From Desulfobulbus propionicus DSM 2032 (GTDB lineage Bacteria; Desulfobacterota; Desulfobulbia; Desulfobulbales; Desulfobulbaceae), in contig NC_014972.1 of assembly GCF_000186885.1 (NCBI RefSeq), positions 3,390,001-3,422,000 of the forward strand: a stretch of 32,000 nucleotides of DNA, written 5' to 3'. The position numbers and the translations under genes were made by a program. Position 1 is the first letter of the stretch. Every line of letters starts with the position of its first letter. A model generated the notes under the pieces. The model did not search any database and was not told the origin of the DNA. It saw only the letters and a list, made by a program, of their open reading frames with translations. Below, piece after piece: positions 26,134 through 32,000 of the stretch.

Positions 26134-26219
26134 TTAAAAAATTATTGCGTTTGCCGATTGCGCATGCTACCTGTAGCACCGATTGTAGCGACTGCCGGCG
26201 AATGAACATGAAGGTGACA

Positions 26220-26447
26220 ATGTCGGACGATCGCAGGGAGATGTTCAGGCAATTGGCTGTGTATAGCCAAGTAGGCATGACCTTTGTTTTTTCCATCCTG
26301 ATCGGTTTCGGTATGGGGTGGTTCCTGGACAATAAAGTATTTGGCGGTAACACCGCCCCTTATTTGACATTTATTTTTTTGGCCTTTGGTATTGCTGCCG
26401 GGTTTAAAAACCTCTGGGATCTCAACCGGAAAATACAAGATGAATAA
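26220..26447 (+). CDS. AtpZ/AtpI-family small membrane protein (putative F0F1-ATPase accessory subunit)
   Basis: The product has two TM helices, VGMTFVFSILIGFGMGWFLD and YLTFIFLAFGIAAGF. It lies directly upstream of atpI-atpB-atpE. The start could be ATG 26220 (GAAGGTG upstream) or ATG 26202. Confidence 0.6.
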   Translation: MSDDRREMFRQLAVYSQVGMTFVFSILIGFGMGWFLDNKVFGGNTAPYLTFIFLAFGIAAGFKNLWDLNRKIQDE

Positions 26448-26889
26448 CCGGGATCATACGATCAATAGCTCGCATACCGAAACCAGTTTACTGGTGGTGC
26501 GGCAGGTGATACTGTGCAGCGGCATTCTGCTGATGTTTCTGGTCGCCGGGAGCTGGTGGTTTTTCGGATGGATCTTCGCCCAATCGATATTGATCGGAGG
26601 GCTGCTGGTGAATGGCAGTTTCTGGCTGCTGAAGAAAGACGCCCAACGTCTGATGGAGCGCGTCAGCGCAGCTGACGGATCTTCCGGGGGTGGCGTCAAC
26701 ATGGAAAAAACGCGTTTTTTCCTGCGGGCATTTGCGCGGTTGATTGTTGTTGGTTTGCTGTTGTTCGTGTTGGCCTCAAAGGTTCCGATCGATGTGATCG
26801 GGCTGACGCTGGGGTTTGCCACGATTATGATCAGTGTTGTTATCATCGGCTTGAGCATTGGAAAGTGCTGGTTGCCGAGCAAAGTCTGA
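26440..26889 (+). CDS. atpI: ATP synthase subunit I-like membrane protein
   Basis: The 149-aa product is hydrophobic with about 4 TM segments. The gene sits between atpZ-like and atpB, and its ATG overlaps the upstream stop (26440-26447). The call rests on position and hydrophobicity. Confidence 0.6.
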   Translation: MNNRDHTINSSHTETSLLVVRQVILCSGILLMFLVAGSWWFFGWIFAQSILIGGLLVNGSFWLLKKDAQRLMERVSAADGSSGGGVNMEKTRFFLRAFARLIVVGLLLFVLASKVPIDVIGLTLGFATIMISVVIIGLSIGKCWLPSKV

Positions 26890-26903
26890 GGAGAGTGTAG
26901 GTC

Positions 26904-27626
26904 ATGGAACATCCGATATTGTTTATTTCTCTGATTCTTGAAGCATTGGGACTGCCGGTGCCCCATACCCCTGTCGGTGCTACTCTGCTGGAGAAGATTT
27001 GTGAGCCCTACATGACCTATACCTGGATGGTCATGGCCTTTTTGATCATCGTTCCCAAGCTGACCATGGGCAAACTGGAGATGGTCCCGGGGAGCGGCCA
27101 AAATTTCTGGGAAGTGATGGTCGGGGGACTAATGGACTTCTGCGCCGAGAATCTGGGCGAGAAAGGCGCCAAGATGCTTTTTCCGATGATGGCCACTTTC
27201 TTTTTCTACATCATCCTCTCCAACATGATCGGATTAATTCCTGGATTCATGTCGCCCACATCGAGCCTCAACATCACCTTGGCCATGACCTTGATCGTCT
27301 GGGTTACCCACCATGTGCTCGGATTCAAATATCACGGCTTGCACTATTACAAGCACTTCATGGGCCCGAGCAAGGTACTGGCGCCGTTCATGTTTCTTCT
27401 TGAGATTATCAGCAACTTCGCCCGTCTGATTTCACTCTCCATGCGTCTTTTCGGCAACATTCTTGCCAAAGAGGTTCTGCTGGGCGTGCTGTTCATGCTG
27501 GCAGGTGCATTTTTCGCCCCGCTGCCCATTCTTTGTCTCGGTGTCCTGGTTTCAGTCATCCAGGCCGTGGTGTTCGTTCTGCTTTCCCTGCTCTACTGCG
27601 CGGGATCCATGGAACACGCCCACTGA
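26904..27626 (+). CDS. atpB: F0F1 ATP synthase subunit a
   Basis: ISLSMRLFGNILAKE contains the essential Arg. The product is multi-TM, and the C-terminus SVIQAVVFVLLSLLY is typical of subunit a. Confidence 0.9.
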   Translation: MEHPILFISLILEALGLPVPHTPVGATLLEKICEPYMTYTWMVMAFLIIVPKLTMGKLEMVPGSGQNFWEVMVGGLMDFCAENLGEKGAKMLFPMMATFFFYIILSNMIGLIPGFMSPTSSLNITLAMTLIVWVTHHVLGFKYHGLHYYKHFMGPSKVLAPFMFLLEIISNFARLISLSMRLFGNILAKEVLLGVLFMLAGAFFAPLPILCLGVLVSVIQAVVFVLLSLLYCAGSMEHAH

Positions 27627-27701
27627 TTACATACATAGAGTTCCGTTCAACGGAGAAGAAGGCCAACATTATATAAAACTTTAGTACGGAGGATCACTAC
27701 A

Positions 27702-27962
27702 ATGGACAAATTAAGTCTTGCCCTGATTTGCATCGGCGCTGCACTCAGCATCGGCTTGGCCGGCTTTGGCGCTGGTATCGGTATGGGGAACGGTCTGCGC
27801 GGCGCTTGCGACGGCGTTGCTCGCAACCCGGAAGCCAAGGGTGCCATCACCACCACCATGATTCTTGGTATGGCTCTGTGCGAGTCCATCGCCATCTATG
27901 GTCTGGTTATCGCCTTCATCCTGCTTTACGCTAACCCCTTCAAGGCTGCGCTCGGACTGTAA
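27702..27962 (+). CDS. atpE: F0F1 ATP synthase subunit c
   Basis: The Gly-rich helix 1 reads GLAGFGAGIGMGNG, the loop reads ARNPEA, and helix 2 carries the carboxylate (MALCESIAIYGLVIAF). Confidence 0.92.
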   Translation: MDKLSLALICIGAALSIGLAGFGAGIGMGNGLRGACDGVARNPEAKGAITTTMILGMALCESIAIYGLVIAFILLYANPFKAALGL

Positions 27963-27992
27963 TCGCGTTTCACACGGCAGAAATGGCCGATC

Positions 27993-28026
27993 AAGGGCTG
28001 CGGTGGTTGCCGCAGCCCTTTTTTGT
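27993..28026 (+). terminator. Rho-independent terminator after atpE
   Basis: AAGGGCTGCGG (27993-28003), loop TGGTTG, CCGCAGCCCTT (28010-28020), then TTTTGTT. Confidence 0.8.
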
Positions 28027-28040
28027 TGGTATGAAGCAGC

Positions 28041-28760
28041 ATGCTTTCCTGCGTGATCAACCCATCTGCACACAAAGGCGACCCTCGCCTGCCCCCTACC
28101 GGTATCCTGGCGGTCAACCCATCGGACAGTTCCTGCTTGGCCGAATTCAGCAAACATTATCAACTTAGACAACATTTCCTTTTCAATTCGCGTCTGTACA
28201 GCAATGACTTCCTGTTTCTCGCGGGGCCCGCTGTTGGGGCGCCCATGGCGGCTCTCTGTCTGGAAAAACTGATCGCCCTAGGGGCGCGCAACATTGTAGT
28301 CTATGGGTGGTGCGGCTCCCTTTCCCCCTTCCTGGCCGCAGGGGACCTCTTCCTGCCAACCAGTGGTCTGAGCGAAGAAGGAACAAGTGGCCATTATCCT
28401 GTGCCGAAGGACAGGCAGGAAGACTCCTTGTTCCACCGCTCGCTCTTGCAACAACTGCAACACCACGGGCACAATCCCCAGCAAGGATCGATCTGGACCA
28501 TCGATGCAGTGTATCGCGAGACCAGAGAAAAGGTCGAGCGGTATGCCGCTCAGGGTATCCTTGCCGTGGACATGGAATATACCGCTCTTCGCACCGTGGC
28601 CGCCTTTCGCCAGGTCGATCTTGCGGCAGTGATGTTGGTCTCCGATGAGTTGTTCCATCATCCGTGGACCCCAAAATTTTCCCAGAAACGGTTTCGCACA
28701 GCATCAGCCACGATTCTGGCCGAACTCTGTACCCTTGTTCAATCCGGTGAGCTTCAATGA
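28041..28760 (+). CDS. Nucleoside phosphorylase family protein (PNP/UDP family 1); substrate unknown
   Basis: Motifs present are FLAGPAVGAPMAALCLEKLIALGARNIVVYGWCGSL, SEEGTSGHY, and ILAVDMEYTAL. Confidence 0.7.
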   Translation: MLSCVINPSAHKGDPRLPPTGILAVNPSDSSCLAEFSKHYQLRQHFLFNSRLYSNDFLFLAGPAVGAPMAALCLEKLIALGARNIVVYGWCGSLSPFLAAGDLFLPTSGLSEEGTSGHYPVPKDRQEDSLFHRSLLQQLQHHGHNPQQGSIWTIDAVYRETREKVERYAAQGILAVDMEYTALRTVAAFRQVDLAAVMLVSDELFHHPWTPKFSQKRFRTASATILAELCTLVQSGELQ

Positions 28761-30103
28761 AAACCTTGTATATCGTGAGTCTCGGTTGTCCCAAAAACCT
28801 CGTCGATTCGGAGGTCATGCTTGCCGCCCTGGAACAGTCGGGATATGCGGTGGTCGACGATCCCGATCAGGCATCGGTGTTGCTGATCAATACCTGTGGA
28901 TTTATCCGCCCGGCCGTTGAAGAGGCGATTGACACCATTTTCGAGCTGGCGGCCTATAAGGAGCAGAACCCGCACCAAAAGCTGGTGGTTACCGGGTGCA
29001 TGGTGCAACGTTACGGAAGCGAGTTGCTCAACGAACTGCCGGAAGTGGATCTGTTTGTCGGTCTCGATGATTTTCCGCGCATCGGCACCATGCTCGAGCA
29101 ATTGCCGCTCCGGCCGCAATGCATCGTCACGTCCGGACCGTCTACCTTTCTTATGAACAACACCCTACCCCGTCGGATTTCCACTCCTTTTTTCCGCGCC
29201 TATCTGAAGATCACCGAAGGATGCGACAACCGTTGCGCCTACTGCATGATTCCCTCGATCCGCGGTCGGCTGCGTAGTCGAGCCATGACCGACTTGCTGC
29301 TCGAAGCCACCCGTCTGCAACAGGCCGGAGTGCGGGAACTGGCGCTGATCGCCCAGGACCTTACCGCCTATGGCAGGGATCTGGGAAACGGCACATCCCT
29401 CGTTTCCCTGCTGGAGGCTCTGCTCACTCAAACCGACATCCCGTGGCTACGCCTCCTCTACGCCTATCCTTCAGGGATCACCGATGACTTATTGCACCTA
29501 ATGGCCGACCAGCCGCGTCTTCTGCCCTATCTGGATATCCCTTTTCAGCACGTCAGCACCCCTGTCCTCCGGGCAATGAACCGACACTACGATCACCGGG
29601 CATTGCAGGATCTGATTCTCCGCATTCGCCGCATCGTTCCCGACTGCGCGATCAGGACCACCATGCTCGTTGGCTTTCCTGGCGAGACCAGAGACGATGT
29701 GGACCTACTGCTGGAAGCCTTGCAGACCTGGCAGCTTGACCACGTCGGTGTGTTTCAGTATCAGGACGAAGAGGGGAGCCGCGCTGCGAAATTACCCGAC
29801 AAGATATCCGAAGAGAAAAAAGAGGCGCGCTATCAGCAGGTCATGGCCGTGCAAGCAACCATCAGTGCGCAACGGCAGCAACGTTTTGTCGGTCGGGTCG
29901 AACCGGTGCTGGTGGAGGGTATCAGCGAGGAAAGCGATTTGTTACTGGAAGGACGAAGCCGGTTTCAGGCCCCGGAAATTGATGGCTGTGTGTATATCAC
30001 CGCCGGGCATGTGACCCCCGGTGATATCGTACCGGTACGGATCACCGAGGCGCATACCTATGACCTTGTCGGCGAAGTGGTCAGCGGAGAGGACAGCCGC
30101 TGA
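28757..30103 (+). CDS. rimO: Ribosomal protein S12 methylthiotransferase RimO
   Basis: The N-terminal domain reads LYIVSLGCPKNLVDSEVM. The radical-SAM motif is GCDNRCAYCMIP. A C-terminal TRAM-like segment reads GRVEPVLVEG...DIVPVRITEAHTYDLVGEV. The start overlaps the upstream stop as ATGA (28757-28760). Confidence 0.88.
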   Translation: MKTLYIVSLGCPKNLVDSEVMLAALEQSGYAVVDDPDQASVLLINTCGFIRPAVEEAIDTIFELAAYKEQNPHQKLVVTGCMVQRYGSELLNELPEVDLFVGLDDFPRIGTMLEQLPLRPQCIVTSGPSTFLMNNTLPRRISTPFFRAYLKITEGCDNRCAYCMIPSIRGRLRSRAMTDLLLEATRLQQAGVRELALIAQDLTAYGRDLGNGTSLVSLLEALLTQTDIPWLRLLYAYPSGITDDLLHLMADQPRLLPYLDIPFQHVSTPVLRAMNRHYDHRALQDLILRIRRIVPDCAIRTTMLVGFPGETRDDVDLLLEALQTWQLDHVGVFQYQDEEGSRAAKLPDKISEEKKEARYQQVMAVQATISAQRQQRFVGRVEPVLVEGISEESDLLLEGRSRFQAPEIDGCVYITAGHVTPGDIVPVRITEAHTYDLVGEVVSGEDSR

Positions 30104-30118
30104 CCGATGGGGCATGAC

Positions 30119-30406
30119 TCACTTGCCGCTATTCTTATTGACCTGTTCGCGCAGATCCTTGCCAACTTTAAAAAACGGCAATTTCTTTGGTTTTACTTTG
30201 ATTTTCTCGCCGGTCTTTGGATTGCGGCCGGTGTAGGATTCATACTCCTTGACGACAAAACTACCAAACCCTCGAATTTCAATCGATTCTCCCCTGGCGA
30301 GAGCGTCACTCATGGTTTCGATGATCGTGTTGGTTATTGAGGCGGCTTCTCGGATGGGAATGTTCATCGCTTCAGCCAAGGCTTCGATCAATTCGGATTT
30401 GTTCAT
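30119..30406 (-). CDS. ihfB: Integration host factor beta-like protein (HU/IHF family)
   Basis: The translation reads MNKSELIEALA...GESIEIRGFGSFVVKEY....GRNPKTGEKIKV....PFFKVGKDLRE. The subunit assignment rests on resemblance to E. coli IhfB as I recall it. Confidence 0.8.
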   Translation of the reverse strand: MNKSELIEALAEAMNIPIREAASITNTIIETMSDALARGESIEIRGFGSFVVKEYESYTGRNPKTGEKIKVKPKKLPFFKVGKDLREQVNKNSGK

Positions 30407-30524
30407 ACCAATCTCTCCTGCACGCTCCCCGACGGATTCACTGCAAAACGGTTATTCCTCATCTGAAAGATAGCGCACATCGGCCATCGTATAAAAAAAA
30501 CTGATTTCAGGAGGCTGTTGAAAT

Positions 30525-31268
30525 TTAAGCAAGTATGTTTTTGATTGTAAAGGGAATTTTCCGTGTAAAAATCTTTTTTAAGTCATTTTGGTTCAGAACC
30601 CTGTATTTTCCGAGGGGAAGTGAGCCGAGGCGAAGGTTACCGTACGCCGTTCGCCTGAGATGAAGAACCCGGTGGTTGATGGCCTGAAACATTTTCCGCA
30701 CCTGCCGTTTCTTGCCCTCGTGGATAGTGATTTCCACCAAGGTCGTTCCTTTGTGCCGCCGAAGTAGGCGAACGACTGCCGGCCGGGTCATCACTCCATC
30801 GATTTCAATCCCCGACTCCAACCGCTTGAGTTTGTCGACCGAGGGCGAACCGCTCACCTCAGCCTCATAGGTCTTGTTGACCTCGTAGCGGGGATGGAGG
30901 ATGGCGTTGCCCAACTCCCCGTCATTGGTCATCAACAGCGCGCCTTCCGTATCCAGATCCAGACGGCCCACGGGAAAAAGCCGCAATGGAATGTCGGCAA
31001 GCAGATCGGAAACCATGGGGCGGCCCTGCGGGTCCGAAAGAGTGGTCACATATCCGGCCGGCTTGTTGAGCAGAACGTAAATCTTTTCCTCGAAGACAAG
31101 TGGATGACCGTCACAGGTGATGGTGTCGCGATTGGGATCGGCCTTGCTGCCCATGCCGGTGACCACGTGGCCGTTTATTCGAATCCGACCTTCGAGAATC
31201 AGCTGTTCGGCCTTACGCCGGGAGGCGATACCAGCCTTGGCGAGAATTTTCTGCAGCCGTTCTTCCAT
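30525..31268 (-). CDS. rluB: Pseudouridine synthase of the RsuA/RluB family (S4 domain plus catalytic domain)
   Basis: The S4 domain reads RLQKILAKAGIASRRKAEQLILEGRIRING. The catalytic Asp motif is GRLDLDTEGALLMTNDG, and KTYEAEV is present. Confidence 0.8.
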   Translation of the reverse strand: MEERLQKILAKAGIASRRKAEQLILEGRIRINGHVVTGMGSKADPNRDTITCDGHPLVFEEKIYVLLNKPAGYVTTLSDPQGRPMVSDLLADIPLRLFPVGRLDLDTEGALLMTNDGELGNAILHPRYEVNKTYEAEVSGSPSVDKLKRLESGIEIDGVMTRPAVVRLLRRHKGTTLVEITIHEGKKRQVRKMFQAINHRVLHLRRTAYGNLRLGSLPLGKYRVLNQNDLKKIFTRKIPFTIKNILA

Positions 31269-31313
31269 GAATGCAACGAATCGAGGCGAGACCAGAGGAC
31301 GAATGGAGCAAGC

Positions 31314-32000
31314 CTAGCGGAAGCGGGAAGGCAGGATGGTGGCGATCTTATCGTCGACCAACCGCTGGGTTGCCGGATCCACGGCGAGCACCTCCGTGTA
31401 CCACGGCTTCATTCGGCAATCAAAGACAATCGGCGGCTGCAGGCCCACATGGAAGCGCCGGACCGTCTGCTCACGGCCATGAATATCTGCTGCCGGCTCG
31501 AAACGGGTGAAAAAGGTCCACAAGAATTCCTGCAGCGAACAGGTCGCCTCCTCGGTCGAATCGACCAGAACCACCACCGGCCAAGAGGACACCCCGGGAA
31601 ATCGGGCGATTTCATCGGCAAGATGGGGCGCGGCGGCGTACTCAATTCCCTGAACAACCAGGGTACCGGGAAGAAAGGCGCGGGGATGGCTGCATTGCGG
31701 TGGGAGGATGCCGGCAAATTCAACCGGCAAATCCCGCCGTTTTTCCTGTCCAAGCCCGAGCATCATGGCCTTGGAGCCTTTGTTGACCGATGGCCCGGTG
31801 TAGTCGAGGGTATCTTGGGAGACATTGGCAAAGACAAACAGATCGCGATCCCACTCGATCCGTTCCAGGATGTGCTGCCATAAACGGGGAAAATGCGCCA
31901 CATCGATGCTGCCGTCGGTCACGAGGAGAAACTTGGTGAGCGACAACTGGCCTTCGCCGAGAATACGCAAACCGGCGGCAAAGGCCTCTCGCGGATACCG
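31314..32000 (-). CDS. UbiD-family decarboxylase, C-terminal part (5' end lies beyond the window)
   Basis: The frame stays open to base 32000 (RYPREAFAAGLRILGEGQLSLTKFLLVTDG...). The segment ...DTLDYTGPSVNKGSKAMMLGLG... resembles UbiD/menaquinone-biosynthesis decarboxylases. Confidence 0.65.
   Translation of the reverse strand, partial: RYPREAFAAGLRILGEGQLSLTKFLLVTDGSIDVAHFPRLWQHILERIEWDRDLFVFANVSQDTLDYTGPSVNKGSKAMMLGLGQEKRRDLPVEFAGILPPQCSHPRAFLPGTLVVQGIEYAAAPHLADEIARFPGVSSWPVVVLVDSTEEATCSLQEFLWTFFTRFEPAADIHGREQTVRRFHVGLQPPIVFDCRMKPWYTEVLAVDPATQRLVDDKIATILPSRFR

Noticed and set aside
1-32000. I searched by eye for CRISPR arrays, IS or transposon ends, integrases, toxin-antitoxin pairs, restriction or other defence genes, and tRNA, rRNA or riboswitch-like leaders.
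   Set aside because: None was found. All gaps longer than 100 nt (385-609, 5759-5969, 14079-14326, 19635-19803, 20560-20697, 24573-24843, 30407-30524) are AT-rich promoter or terminator regions with no repeat arrays or tRNA-like sequence.

Overview
The window looks like a gene-dense chromosomal segment of a sulfite- or sulfate-reducing Desulfobacterota (deltaproteobacterial) genome. The taxonomic guess rests only on gene content and GC-rich codon third positions. I could support 34 protein-coding genes and found no rRNA, tRNA, CRISPR array, transposase or integrase.

Gene order:
- dnaG (3' end), rpoD, dprA, rpe, pgi
- The reductive-type dissimilatory sulfite reductase cluster dsrA-dsrB-dsrD
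- birA, a yhdH/acuI-like oxidoreductase, kpsF/kdsD
- On the minus strand, an 801-aa membrane protein; transcribed divergently from it, a DUF4388/PATAN-domain gene
- A minus-strand secDF-ykgJ-HD-HAD operon, then larB
- An APH-like kinase gene overlapping a P-loop kinase gene
- On the minus strand, trxA-trxB-bamD
- hemL, then atpZ-atpI-atpB-atpE
- A nucleoside phosphorylase gene, rimO, ihfB, rluB, and the 3' part of a UbiD-family decarboxylase gene

Most of this is ordinary housekeeping content. The least ordinary element is the 801-aa protein at 11673-14078 (-). Its cysteine-free N-terminal region reads like a ubiquitin-conjugating-enzyme (UBC/E2) fold that lacks the catalytic Cys, so it is UEV-like. 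That region is followed by one transmembrane helix and a long TPR-like helical ectodomain. No E1, JAB or ubiquitin-like genes lie nearby.

Secondary observations:
- Terminator-like hairpins sit inside two functionally coupled gene pairs, dsrB|dsrD and trxA|trxB.
- A near-consensus dsrA promoter is followed by a perfect palindrome at the predicted transcription start.
- RpoD has an atypical Arg-rich N-terminus.
- An uncharacterised kinase that I recall being annotated as a single fused protein elsewhere is split into two genes here.
- secD and secF are fused into one gene that is translationally coupled to three small enzyme genes.

All functional calls come from reading motifs in the supplied translations. 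No database search was run.
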